NCBI GenBank assembly: GCA_013265495.1
Contig: MU058824.1
Span: forward strand, 2,321,111-2,385,110
DNA: 64,000 bases
Reading direction: 5' to 3'
Source: Vicugna vicugna
Taxonomy: Eukaryota
Of this stretch, positions 24,800-39,700 are shown piece by piece. Within the stretch, counting starts at the first letter, position 1; each line of letters opens with the position of its first letter. Position numbers and translations under genes: made by a program. The notes under the pieces are model-generated. The model had not been told where the DNA came from. It saw only the letters and a program-made list of their open reading frames with translations, and did not search any database.

Positions 24800-27700
24800 T
24801 ACCCACACAGGTATTTGCCTAAAAATACAATATTTTAAAGTATTTAAGCCATTTATACATCTGTTAAGTGGGCAATGTACTGACAGTTAGAAGTAACTTA
24901 CATTATCCATGGTAACTACTCATGAAGATAATACTAAATAAATGAACTGCAGGCAACTCAAAATCCTACTTGGCTACTGTTCTCAACCTCCTCTTTTCTC
25001 TTAGCCGCTAACATGGCTAATAGAGCACCAAAACTGAAAGCGATTTCCTCTTTGCTCTGATAATTTTCAGTACCTGATAAGTACCAAGAACAACAAAATA
25101 GACTAGGAGTAGATAATACTTTAAAGTCAACAGAAAGATTTGGAGGCTTAGAAACAAGCTCCATGTGAAATGCTTACCTCAACTATGTGGTAGTTCAAGG
25201 GGATCTTGTTCTTCCCAGGATAGCTCACTAGCTGTGCAGCACTAGAAAAAGTGTAATTGAAGTTTAGTGAGTTTAACAGATATACAAAAAATCAAATAAG
25301 CAGCTTCAAAAGCAGTGAGTTTAGCTACAAGGAAAGGAAATCTTTTCTGAAATGTTCTAGATTTCAGTTACTTCACTTAACTACAGCACAAATTATTTTG
25401 TCTACCACAAGGAAACTCTTTAGTGCATACAAAACTCCTTAAAAGATCAAAAGGAGTGTATGTAATAATACTAGGAAGCATGTTCAGATCTACTAACTTA
25501 AAAAGTTTTGTAAGGTAGACCACTCTCCAAATACTACCTACTTTTCCACCTTAAAAATCTAAACCCAAACTTTCCAAGGGTTTAGAAAATATTTAAAATC
25601 AACCTTTCCAAAGCTTTATGTCTAACTATTAGAAAACAGAGCAAAACCATTAGTATTCGTTTATTCCCGCAACATTCATACTGAAAATAGCTTGCCATTC
25701 AAGTTCATTTGTCCACAGCATATGGCAAATATCCACAGAAGACAGCAGGCATCATACGCATATTGCTATCAAGCACTACCGTCTGACATAGAACCCAGGA
25801 AAGTACTATTTGAGGGTGAAGTGCCTCCAGAAAGCAAGTACTTGTTTTAGAGATTGGTCTTAGCAAGACAGGCATCAGGAGGACAGGAAGATTTTCTTAC
25901 TCTTAACATACACTTGTCTCTTATTAAATCATCAAAGTCACTACTTCTTCACTCTAATAAAAGCACCATGAAAAGACTCTTACCAAGTCTTCCTTTCCTT
26001 CCAGTGGGACTTAATGATGCAGTGAAGATTCTCTTCTATTACAAATCTTTCCACTGAATGACTCCCTGGCATTACAGGTCCCTAGAAAGAAAACCAAATG
26101 CACCTACAACAGACCTAGACAAAATATTCTTTTTTCATTTATTCAACAAATATTGAGAGCTTATTATGTTCCAGACACTGTATTGGATGCTGGGGACAAA
26201 AGTTCCTAAATGTGAAAGCAAATTTCATTGCTGTATTCACTTATATCTACAATAGAATTAGAATGTCAGCTACAGTGTTTCTTTTACTACATCTGACACT
26301 GTACTCTCATTGCCCACTTCCATTCTTAAATGAAGCAAATAATTTTTGTATATTATTAGCCTTATACAGTTTATTTTTTTTAAACCATGGAAGTGGATTA
26401 CTTCCATAATAAACATGGAGGGAAATTTTTATTTCAAACACTATGTAGACAAAAAACTCCTGTATGCGCTGGGAAAGATATCCATACTATGTTGTTTTAA
26501 AAAAGGTTAAAGAACATTATCTATATGATATTGTTTACTTAAAAAAATATGCATAGCAAACAGGTTCAAAGAATTTACTGATATTATTATTATTTATTAC
26601 TGTAGACTCTTAATGGTGATGATTTTTACTTTAATCTTCTTTATAATTTCTAATTAAAAAACTTTTTTTGGAAAGGCCAGAACAAAAGAACTAAATCCTC
26701 TTCAAACATATGTTTTGTATATTTATGCTCTTCCTACAAAGGATGACAGGCACATTAAAGAGGCAGTATCAATTAAGTACAAATAGTAGAGGAGAAACAA
26801 ATTTTGAGGTCCCATTCTAATGTTTCCCTTGCACAAATAAATACCTAATCACAAAGATTCTATCAGTCTTATTGTAAATTAGACTTTCAATTATATATAC
26901 CTAATTAGATCATCACATAATGTTGACTAAAAGCTTTTTATTATACATGGAATATGGCAAGTGGGTAACAAGTTATAATTTCGTATATATAACCAATTAT
27001 CCAACAACTTTTTACTTTGGGGTAGAGTCTACATATACTAAAATTTCACTGGTCATACGTAGTTTTCCATAGGACAAGAGAGAAGATAGGGAAAGAAAAC
27101 TCAAATTTGACCTTAGGTGGTAATATTAGTTCTTAGGCCAGTGGTTTTCAACAGGGGGCAATTTTGCCCCTAAGGGGACAGAGACATTTTTGATTGTCAC
27201 AACTAACATTTAGCCTCTAGATGCCATTGGCATCTATAGAGTTACAGGCCAGGGAAGCTGCTAAGCATCCTACAATTCACAGGACAGCACCTAACACAAA
27301 GGATTATCCAGCCCTAAACATTAATTTTGCTGAGGCTGAGAAATTCCACCATATGCTGAGTAGGATGCGCTAAGCAACAGGTATGGGACTTCAGCCAGGT
27401 GAGCTTCCATTCAGCACAAGTCCAGTGATCAAGTGCTTGCTGCTTGGCTATTAAAGTTAAGACAGTCATTCAAATGCAAAGGTATAAAATAATTAAGGCA
27501 TAATTAAAATGTAAGTTTTTATACCAAATGTTAATATCACAATTATACATTTTAATTGCTGAAGTATAATGGCTATCAACAACTTGATCTCATAATAAAG
27601 CACATATTTAAGAATTATAAAGTCTGCTTATACTGACCTTTGGGGTTTTTAATTAAAATACTTTATACTATTTAAAAAATATAATTATATAATATAAATA

Positions 27701-30700
27701 AGACAAACTGTGAGGGTTAGAGAGATGAACAACGTCTAAAACTGGGTATTATTCTTAGAAAAACAGCCTTATTAAGAATAATAGCTAATATTATTGAGCA
27801 CTCATCATTTCACATACTGTTCTATGCATTTATGTGTATTAATAATTGAATCCTCATTACAGTTTGATGAGATACATACTATTATTATTCTATTAGGAAA
27901 CTAGGGTAGAGAGGTAAATAGCTTACCCAAAATTACACAGCTAAGATCTGACTAAACCAGGATTAAAACCCAAGCCAATCTGGCTCTCAAACCTATGCTC
28001 TAAAATTCTACACTGTGCTCTTAATTCATACAGGCTAAATAACTTCTTGCATGATGAGGTGATACTATTCACTGAGTTAAACCGTTAACTTCACTGCCAC
28101 TGACCTTCTTAGATAATAAACAACTCAAAATTAAAATGTCTCACAGGCACAATTCAAACAAGATTAAACCACAAGTACAATACAACATAGGCCCTTTGAA
28201 AGACACTTTTGTTGGTCACGCATGTACCTCGGGATCATCCGTGTAATCAAACATTCTGAAGATGACCCTTGGCATCGGGTACATGGAATCTTCAGTGTGA
28301 GGAGGTGGTGTGAAAGGAGGCAGATTGTGCTGTAGTGCTTCACACAGGATACTGTCAAAGGCAAGATAAGGTCTTAGGATGTGCCGCTCCTGCCAGCGAT
28401 CCTTTTTCAATTTCTGAATCTGGGCCCACAGGCAATCTAAATACTAAAGACAGATTAATTTTTAATAATTAATAGATTTGGGAGGCTAGACAAAATAACA
28501 TTTTGACTAGGTAAAACCAAAATCACCACCTTCTAAAATACAGGATACAAAAGTAAGCTAACTTATAATTAAACACAGTGCAACAGAATAGTGCTAAATT
28601 TGTTTTTGTTTTAATTACTTTATAAAGTCTGTCTAGGGCTATTCACTCTTACATTTTTCAAATTGGGCATTTAAATAAAAAAAAAAAACCACATCAACTC
28701 TACAATATCAGCAACCCCACAGAGTAGGGAATGTTTCAATGACATTCTTTTTTTTTTTTTTAATTGAAGTGTAGTCAGTTACAATGCTTCAATTTCTGGT
28801 GTACAGTATAATGTCCTAGTCATGCATATATATACACATACTCATTTTCATATTCTTTTTTAAGGGTTATTCTAAGATATTGAATATAGTTCCCTATACT
28901 ACACAGAATAAATTTTCTAATCTTATTTTTATATATAGTGGCTAACATTTGTAAATCTCATACTCCCAAATTTATCCCTTCTCACCCCGTTTCCTCCAGT
29001 AACCATGACTGTTTACTCCGTCTGCAAGTTTGTTTCTGTTTTGTAGATAAGTTCATTAGCACCCTCTTTTTCCTTCCCTATTTTTTTTTTAAGATTCCAC
29101 ATATGAGTGATATCTTATGGTATTTCAATGACATTCTAACATTTATTAAAAATCCACTGTATGCCTAGAGCTATGAGGAGCTGAACTCCTGACACGTAAT
29201 GTAGAAACCTAGCTAAGGTGTACAAATGGAACAATGTGCTGGTATCTCAGAGAAGAGAATCTACCGAAGAGCCGATTGTGCTTGTATCACAAGAAACTAA
29301 AATCCTTTTACCTCTTCCTGTGGATGTGGTTTCTCAGCAGTCCATACTTGTAGCATGGGCACATGAGTCTTTTGGCGTCTTCTAAAGATAAAAATGAAAA
29401 TCTTTATTTAAGTTTTTAAACACACGAAAATATGTTCAGTTGCTTTCATTATTAATAAAACGCAAATTAAAGCAGTGAAACAACATTTTAACCTATCAGG
29501 TTGGCAGATACCAGAATTTTTGATAATGTTACCAAAATTACCAAAACGTGGGCAGTTTCAAACATCACTGGCAGAGGGCTAATTGATATAGTCTCTTTAG
29601 AAGAGATTTGGAAGAGTGTAATCCTTTGGAAAACAATTTGACTAAATTTATCAAAAGTAAAATTGTTAACACACTTCAACCCAGCAATGCCATTTCTAAG
29701 AATTCACGTCCCCCACAAACACATTTGCACATGTACACAAAAACACTATGTACAATGATATTCACTGAGACACCGTTTACAAGAGCAAAAGACTTACCAA
29801 AGCCTCAATGTCTACCACCAGGAGACTAGTTAAAGAAATTATGGTACATTAAGAGTAGAATACTGTACAGCTACTAAAAAAATGAGGTAGAGCTATAAAA
29901 GCAGGTGAAGAACTCTGTGTATACTGGACTATCATTTGGATTAAACTGGGAGAAGAATATATTCAAATGTTAGGGTATTCATACTCATACTGTCATTCTT
30001 TTGCAAATATCGATATATTGTTTAAAAACAGTACAACTTTTGAAAAATATAAAACATTAAAAAAATCTATCATTTAAAGGTAGCTTAACATAATGAGAAA
30101 GTAGATTTTTATCTTTAGACTTTTACTTTGATTTGTAACTTAGTAGATATTAACAATATCCAAAGAAGTACCTATTAATGGACAGAAAATGAAAGTTATA
30201 ACAAAATTATTCTGGAAAAACTTAAGGGGACACAAAACCATTACCATGCTGCTGTGCTCTTACTTAAGATAGCTTTCAGTGTTGGCAAAGATGCGGTCCA
30301 TCTCAGCATCTTTCTTTTCATACAGCTCCTTTCCAACCCAGGGCAAAGACGACAGAAATGCATACACATACCAATCCCTCCGCACCTAAAGAATTTTTAA
30401 GAAGGTATGTTTAAAATAAGTGCTAGTGAATTTTCATTCATATATTTATCCTTGAATGAAATCCTCTGGACACTATTTCATAGGAGGTAAGGAAGACACC
30501 TGGCTCATTCAGAGCATTTTTAGATGTATTAGCTTTAATCTTACTAGACAGAACCATGTGAACTAACATACAGATGTCAAGAGAACCCACAAGTATGCCA
30601 GCTGACTTAACTTTTAGATATTAAGAATTTATAACATGATCATCTGCTGTTGATCTTTCATCTTTTACTACTAAAGGGTTACTAGTGAAAAATTCCTCGT

Positions 30701-33700
30701 AGTATATGGACAAGATTCAGCACAAGGGGTTTTCTTACCTGAGGCACATCTTCTTCCTGAGTTACACTTACAAAATTTTCAAACATAGCAACCATTGATG
30801 GGGCAGCAATGACATGACAGTTTACAAGATCAGATAAAAAACGGACCTATTGGGGAAGACAATTTCTATTAAATCTCAATGTCCTTTATAATAATTATAA
30901 AATAAGCAATCTTGTAATGGTTGAAACCACAGGTCTGAAAAACTATAGCCCAAGGGCCAAATCTAGCCCACTGCCTGTTTTTCACACAGCCTGCAAACTA
31001 AGAATGGGTTTTAGATATTCACATGCTTGGAAAAAACCCCAAAGAATATTTTGATTCATACAGTTTACATGAAGTTAAATTTCAGTGTCCACAAATCAAC
31101 TTTTACTGGAACACAGCCACGCTTACCTGTTTACATACTGTCTATGGCCGCTTTTATGCTATAACAGCAGAGCAGAGTAGTTGTGACAGAAATTGTAGGA
31201 AGGACAGGAATCTGTGAATTTATGGCTTTGCATTTATACTAGACTAAGAACCTAAACTGTAATATTCTAGCTACTGTAACCAATAATCTTTTCTGTTTGG
31301 CTGTAAAAAAAATTTTCATTGGACCATGGAAATTTATGAACAGATATTTATTGGGTGTCTTTTGTGTGCCACTGCTGTCCCCGTCATATGGGAGCTCATA
31401 GTCTAGTGGGACGAGAACAATTTCAACCCAAAGGAATGACTCCTATGCTAAAAGATAAATAAAAAAGTGCTCTAGGAACAGGGGCAAAGGGAGTAGGGGA
31501 AACATAAAGAATGTAACAACAGGGCTAGGTCATAAAGAAGAGTAAAGTAGTGCTCAAGTGGAGAACAAGAAGAGGCTTCTAGGCAGAGGGGTTTAACAAC
31601 AAAGTGTGTCCAGGGACCTGTAAGTAATTTTGATATAGTTGGAGGGTATGGGGGAGGCAAGGACAGAGAAACATTAAACCACGAAGGGTCAGGTTTAATG
31701 AAGAATCTGGACTTAGAGCCTGATGGGTGTCCAAACTCTCGATTTTGTACTCAGTAGAAATGAATTTGATCACATACCTCCAAGACATAGATATTTATTT
31801 ATAATATATATTATATATAAAAAATTTATGTTTATATAGTTTTACAAGCATATATTTATAATACATATTAATATTATATATCAATCCATGTGTTACATAT
31901 TAGTAGGGCTTAATTCCATTTCCATTTGAGATAAATAAGAATTCTTATATTTCCTTCCTGCATCATCTTGTGCACGAGGCTGTGAAGACAATGGGAAGAA
32001 ACTGAGGTTTTTCACATGTAATCAACATGAACAGAGCCCAGTTACAGAAAGACCACTCTGGTGTCACTGTAGAAGGTAAAGTGAAAGGCAGAGAATCCGA
32101 ACACAAAAAGATCAGTGAAGAGGCTGTTAAGACAGGAGGAGGAAGGCACAAACTACACTAGAGGCCCTGGAGACAAAGGAGAAGGGACAGACTGGAGAGA
32201 AATTTAGGAGGTACAACTGACAGGGCTTGGGGAGTGCTTACAGTAAGAGGGGGCAAAGGGAAGACAAAAATGAATGCTCAGGTTTCTAGATGGGCTATCC
32301 AGTACACAGCAGCCACTGGGTGTGGGGTGGGGTGAGGGCAGAGGAAAGGAGGTATGAATAATTCACTGATTTAGGCAAGACACCTTAAGGTCATCCAGGT
32401 AGTATCTGGAACACAGGTCTGGAGCTCAGGAGAAACAGATTATAGATTTGGGGCAGGGGGCAAGAGGGTCATCTAAATAAAGGTAGTTTATCAAGCTATG
32501 AGAGAGAATGAGAATGCTTCAGGAGAGCATGTTTGAAGAAAAGTGAAGTGAGGACAGAATGCTGGGAAACAAAACTGTAAGGTGCAAAGGAAGCTGACTC
32601 AGTAAAAGGAGACTGAGGAATAGAAGGTAGGAATAGAAGCAGGAGGTCCTGAAAAAACTGGTACTGCAGAAACCAAGAGGTAAGAAACTAGTGTAAAGCA
32701 TTACATGCTGCAGGGAGGTCAACTAGGATTAAGGGTGAAAAGAAGCCACTGGTAACGGACTTGGTAATGAGCAAGAGCAGCTGTTGTGGTGAGTGGGGAA
32801 CCGTTTTTCAAGAGAAAAGATAAGTTACTGGATTGTAGCTCACCTCTCCCCTCCATCCCAAAACTAAGTCATAATATACTGGAAAAATTAAAAAAAAAAA
32901 CAAAACCCCAAAGTCCACAAAAACCAAAAAGCAAAAAAAACTTACCAAATATACAGCTTCATTATAATTGTTTGCTTTCAATGATTCTTTAAGCTGACGA
33001 ATCATGGCTTCTACAAATTCTCCACCAAAGTTGTAATTTCTGGCATTCAGCAGTCCAACTAATGTTGTATAAATTGTCAGCTTCTCAGGTAACAGACGTG
33101 CACTGATTTGGGATCCAGTACAAGAAGAAGATCCCAAAACAACATTATGCTAAGTTGCTGAATTTTACATTATGTAAATCTTTTATCGTTTTATTAACTT
33201 TATAAAGAACAATATTACATTTAGCTTTGTTTTAGAAACTATTTCAGAAAAGGTATAAATGTTGAGAAGAGTTGCAGACATCACCCTCTCAATTTTTTCA
33301 TTTTAATTCTAGTTAGTTAATCAAAGAGTTAAGAAAGTAAAACACTCTAGTTGTGAAGTCATCAAACTAAAATAGATATAACTAATGCTAAACCAGTTTT
33401 TCTTCCAATGTGCTTAGTGGAATCAAACAGTAGTTCTACAGAATATGATTTCCATGGTAAAATATCTGGGAAATGCTGGGTGAAACAAGTTTCTTTAATA
33501 CAGAATCACAAAGGGGGAGATAAAACATTCAACATTTCGAAACTTAGCTGAACAAATTCTGTCATGAGATCAGAATTCCACTTTGAATAACACTATTCTA
33601 GTTGCTTAGAAAAAATTCAGAACTAAAATCAGTTCCTATCAGTTAAATCGCTGATTTCTTTCCATCCCAGTTTGCTTACTCCAAGTGTGTTAATTTTCAT

Positions 33701-36700
33701 TAAAGTTATTTCAAATGTAGGGAAGAGGAGGGGGAGGCTATAGCTAGGTGGCAGCATGCACGCCTAGCATGCACGCTTAGCATGCACGAGGTCCTGGGTT
33801 CACTCTCCAGGTCATCTGTTAAAAAAATAAATAAATCTAATTACCACCCCCCCCAAAAAAACTAAAAAATAAACTAAAATAAATTGTAAAAAGGCATCCT
33901 TCAGGGAAGATGATTACAGTAAGCTTTGGAAAAAGCAAATGTTGATCCCTAATTTAGGCAGCCTTTAGAAATGAGCTCAAAAAGAAAAGCAAGTAAGAAC
34001 TCATGATCATTCAGATTCTCTTATACTTTTTGTCTTTTCCCAAGGTTCCTGGCAAGGGTGTTAGCGACAATTTAGATTTTTAAAAAATATTTGCATTGAT
34101 AGTAACCATTCCCCTTCTACCTTCCCTTCCTCTCAGTCATGGCTTTCACCAGAGTTTAAACATAAATTTACTCCATTCTAATAAATGTTTATTAGAACAG
34201 AAGGCATCTATAGACAACTACAGCAAAATAATTTTTCTTAGTCATTTCTTAGTCTAAGGACATGTCTTCCTGGATATTAACTGGGTTCCTTTAAAAAACT
34301 GTATTCCAAATTATTTGTACTTTATGAGACGTTAAAGTGAAATCCACTGATAGTTTCAATTGGTGCATACATTTTAAAATTTCAAAATTGAGCTGTAAGC
34401 AATAAAAATAGTATTTTTAAATAATTGAAATGACAACTTAAAAGTCACCTTCATAATGAAGACTCCTTTATCCAGATGTCACAGCTACTTTTTCTCAAGG
34501 CATACAGTTTAGAGTAATCAATGTCTACCTGAGCAGCAAGGAAGTCTGTATTGCTAATTCCACTACTGGGAGACTGTTTCATGATTTCATGCGACACTTT
34601 TCCCACTTTAATTTTGTCACAAACTAAATGCTGAAACTTGTTCTAGCTAACCTAACTCAGACAAAGATTACGCCTATTATTCCATAGCTTCAAAAGCTTC
34701 TTCAGCCTTCCAAGAAGGGCTGTAACTCAAGTGACTGGTTCTCAAACTTGTTTGATAGTACTGATTAAAAATACAAATTAAACTAATATATTTAAATGTA
34801 TATGCTTAAAAGAAATCACTAAATGTGAAAGTGTCTACTTTCTCACTTAAAAGTAGTCAACTCAAATGATTCTAAGGTTCTAAGAAACAAAGAAAATGCT
34901 CAATTTTAGTCCTATTGAACTCTAAGAGTTCACCAAAGGTCATTTCATTGGACAAATTTCCTGATAGAAGGAAAGCAGATGGCATATGGAACATACACAC
35001 GTCTTTTGAACATTCTCAAAGCATTTAAGAGTAGATAATACATTATTATCTGAATTCATAAATCTTTTGTATACATACACTGTACAAAGAAGCCTTAAGA
35101 TCTTGCTCTTGTAGTTAGGAAGATCAGCTTCTAAAACACCAGCCAAGCCTTCTAGGTTGCTCTCCAAAGAGCAGGCACTCTGTAGAGGACAGCATATTAA
35201 GTATCTGTCAAGTACTCAGCAATCACTGCACTGAAATTTTCTAGGTGATAATAAAAAAGTTAAAGTTTTATATACATAAGGCACTGTGACAGTTTAGTAT
35301 AAATCAATTCAGATTGCCATTGTTTAGAAATCCATGAAAAAGAGAATGAATGAAATTTAAAAAGCAATCTAAGATAGAATAAGTATTAGGAATGGGAGGA
35401 CATCATGGGCTCTATCTGACTTCTCTGATTCTCTCACTATATGACTCTGGGCAAATTACCTCACGTATCCAGGACTTGTTTGGTTCTTCATTTTTAAATT
35501 AAGTGGACTATTCCCTAAGGTCTCTTTTAAGAATCATAGTCCACGAAAACTACTAAAAACAGTCAATTCTCAATTATCTTCATTTCAGGGGTTTTAATAT
35601 GCATTTACTTTGGGATACAGATGCATGGCAATACAATCTTTGCCTAAAACTTAGATCATCAAGTTTTTAGATGCAGAAATTAATCAAGTACAGTCAACTA
35701 CAACCCCATGCCCATCGCATTCTGCGCCTCTTTTCGTGCATACCTTTTCTCCTACTTTGCATATTAAAGATTCCAAATGATCTTCGGTTTCATTTGCATC
35801 AGATGTCTTTCTCCTTTTGTGAGGCTGTCCCCCTGTTTCAACAATGTATTAAAGTAAACATTATACAATGAATCTGTTGTCAACAATTTTATTTAACTGT
35901 TTTGATGCTATGATCTCTTTTCTACCAGAAGCCCTACTATTTACACATGGCAGAAGCTCTTAACTGATCCTCCACTTCTCAGACTAGGCTAGAGGAACCA
36001 ACAGTCTCCATACCTAGGGACACTATAATAACTCCAGGAGGCATTATTTACGTTAAATTTTGTGGGAATGGTGCCCCATGGACCTATGCAATGCAGCAGC
36101 CCTGTCTGTTTCTGTGGACAGGTAGGAAAGGTGCCCACAACACACTCAATGCCAGCAGTCAGAGGACTCCTGTCACACTCAGGTATGGCTACCCCCATTC
36201 TTTAAACCTGAGTTATTTATTTATCCTCAGTTGCTTGCTCCTAAAACCTGCAAGTGCCAGTAGTACTCATTATTCTAATAATGAAAATTATTATGTGAGC
36301 TGATGAAATATGGGTACAAAACCAAGTTGAATGCTTTGAAAAGATTTGATTGAGGGGAGCTTTTGTTAAAAAAGAAAGATGTGAAGAGGAAAATAACAAA
36401 AGATGGGAAAGGAAGCATAAAACATGAGGATTCCCCACTAGTTTTATGAGTGTCTGAGCTCTTAGCTCTTAATAGTTTTGGTTCCATAGACAATGCAGCA
36501 CTAGAATCTAGTTTACCCCAAACAGTGGGAATTACAATCAGCAGACACACTCAAAGAAAAGCCCCACTCACTATATCAAATAATTGGTGGGGGAAAGTAT
36601 ATGTTTTACAGTTCCCTGCTTTAAATGGCTCTTGATTCTGTACTTTATAGATCCTATTATGTTCAAAAACTATCATTCAAAGAATTGTACAAACAAAAAC

Positions 36701-39700
36701 TATCATTCTGAAATCATTACCAATCATCTGTCTTTTTGGTTGCTAAAGAATTCAAGTTGAATGAAGCTGTGCTACAAATCAACTTTAAGCACTGAACTGT
36801 GTACTGTTCAGTCTTACTCTTACTATTTTGTTTAAAACCTTAATACAACCACCTTACATCCTTTTGTGTAATAACATAAGGCTGAAAAAAAAATCAACTA
36901 GTAACATGATTTTGTGGCTACACACAATGTTGGCTAGTCTCCTAACATAAATCAATTTTTGACTTCCACCAATTAGATTTTTAGGACAACATGTGGTCAA
37001 AGAAACAATCATCTGTAACTGTGCTGGGGCTCTGTATTAATAATGAACATCTGCAGATATAGAGTTACCCAGGAACAAGTTATATATATTTTCAATCTTC
37101 TCCAGACTTGTATACCCAAAGGAACTGAACCATTTTTCATAGTTCATAATCACTTGCCACTGGAACATTTAGCTTGAAAAATACAAAGATTTTCATAAAA
37201 CACAGCACTTGGCTATTCTAAGCTTGGGGTGTCAAAAGTTTTTCCAATGTCTGAAAGGATCTTCAGGTTCCTACCACCTGAACGTAAGCTGAATAAAACT
37301 ATTACTATCCAGACAGGATCAGACAAAGTACTACAGAAGACTACAGGCAAAGCACTGTGCACTTTAACTTCCCAACCCCTTAGTCATCATTAAGATCTAG
37401 TTTAAATAACCACCAAATATAGTTTTGAAGGGATAATGACATAAAAAATATAACACGCATACAGCATGACAGCTGAGATGTATTCCTGGAGATATCTGTC
37501 TGTGTAAAATATGGACATCTGTGGCATAGTGGATCAGTGACCTTGATTCTCAAGTATACATTAAATCTGTTACAAGATTTCTTACAAAGTTTCCACTATC
37601 AGAAGAGCCAAATTCAACACAAAGGACTTGAAAAAATTGCACATTTGATGAAATGTTTACATAAGCTGTCAGCCAGCATATTAAAATAGCCTTCTCCAAG
37701 AGCAGTGCTTCTCAAAACTGGGTAGGATTCTGCCCCTCAGCAGACACTTGGCAATCTCCGGAGACATTTTCAGTTGTCACCACTGGGAGAGTGTCAATGG
37801 CATCCAGTGGGCAGAGACCAGGGATTCTGCTAAACATACTACACTACACAGAACAACTCCCAACAACAAACAATAATCCAGCGCAAGATGGCAGTAGTGT
37901 TGATGCTGAAACTCTGTTCTAGGAAGCAGAACATATTAAACGTTCTTCAAAACCAGATTCCAGGAAGGTTGGGAAAATGCAGATGCTAAAAAACTAGAAT
38001 GAGGACAGCTTTTTGTTTTGTTTTGTTTTAAATCCTTAACCAGTGCCCCCTTTTTTCTGGCACATCTTCTTTGCCAACCATTTATCCCACATCCCACCTC
38101 CACAGCCTCCCTAAATTAACTATCCAGCTGGCTTGTTCCCAGATCAGTTTGGAATCATACCCAATCTTAAAAGCAACCCTCACTAGGCCTTCTGTATGCA
38201 TGGTAAGAAGAAAATAATGCTATGGGGAGAGAAGGTAGGATTTCTGCAGAAAAACTAGAAAATACAAGTTTATAGTCCTATCTTTCAACTGCAACCCCCC
38301 CCACCCCGCCCCCTTCTCTTTTCTCCCCAGTTGACTACATGTCTGGAGAACTGGAAGAGACAGAAAACATTAAGGAGTAATTGATGCCCCATTCTCACTT
38401 AACAGTTTAGAGAATATAAAGGGGGGGGGTGGCTGCAGACACAATGTGAACTCATGCACAGTAACAGGATACTGAACTCAAGAGAAGGTGGGGAAAAACA
38501 TGGGAAAAGAGAATAAAATACTTTAATTACGAATAAAATTTTGAGAATTAGCTGAATGCTTTCACCTACCCTCAAGAAAACATATCTATGGTAGCTCTCA
38601 AAACAAGAACAGATTTTATACTAAAATGTAGCTATGTATAAGTCTTTCAATATAAATTAAAGTTATATATTGCCACTTCATTCTAAAACTCTTGACTAGT
38701 ATAGAAGAGAGAAGTAAATCTCTATTAAAACCCATCTGAAAGCATCTTAATACACCAAATAATTCTTTCCCCTATAAAGTGATCCTAATTCTATACAGAC
38801 ACATTGTACTAAATCTTACATCTTTATATAGAATTAGATGTACAATTAGACCCACAAAGTGGAAACAAAACCCAACTCTGAAAAAGAGAACGTAACAACA
38901 AAAAAACAACTACAACAAGGTAAAAGAGGAAAGTACAGTGATTCTGCAGATATAAAGCAGAAGTAACCATCACTTCTGAAATAAGCTATATTCTTGTCAA
39001 AGTAACAAATCCCTTCACTTCTATACATTTCATGTTTTCTATAGTTAAGTAAGAAAACAGTCACATTACCTAAAAAAGGTAAGGACCTAATTCTAACTAG
39101 CTTAAAAGAGACTATCATGGGGTTTTGACTAAATTATGAACAATCTAAATAATTTCTTAAAAGGACAAAACAATGTTTTGAACAGCTATTGCATGCATAT
39201 CCAAAATAACTGAAAAGCTTCAGAGACATTCTTAAAAAGACTCTAAGAAATGAGTTAAAGTCAACACTGGACCAGTATCCACACACATTCATTTCCATTT
39301 AGGACTCTGCTGTCCTTGTCTATAAACTAACCTCTAGGTGACCTGCATTGGTATAGTCTCCTAACTTGTCTCCATGGATCCTGGATATTCTAGTTTCAAC
39401 AGAGATACAATTTTAAAATCTCCCTCATGGGCTGATCCTCTGCTTCCTCGCTGATCTTATCTCCTACAACTCTCCCCCTTACTTACTTCACTATAGCAAC
39501 ATTTGCTGTTCTGTGAAGATGGCAGGGATATTATAGCCTTAAAGCCTTTGGTTCCCATTGCTTACACTACTGCTTTCCCCCACGCAGCCATCTGGTTTAC
39601 TTCCTCACCTGCAGGTCTTTGATTAGATGCCCTTCTCAGTCAGGCCTTCCCTGACTAACCAATATAAAACAGCAACTTCTCCCCCACAGCAGCCTCGACC

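Noticed and set aside
36664..36708. 15-bp direct repeat with 15-bp spacer; other small duplications at 3441-3460 and 52850-52882
   Set aside because: Two copies only; ordinary micro-duplications, not an array.
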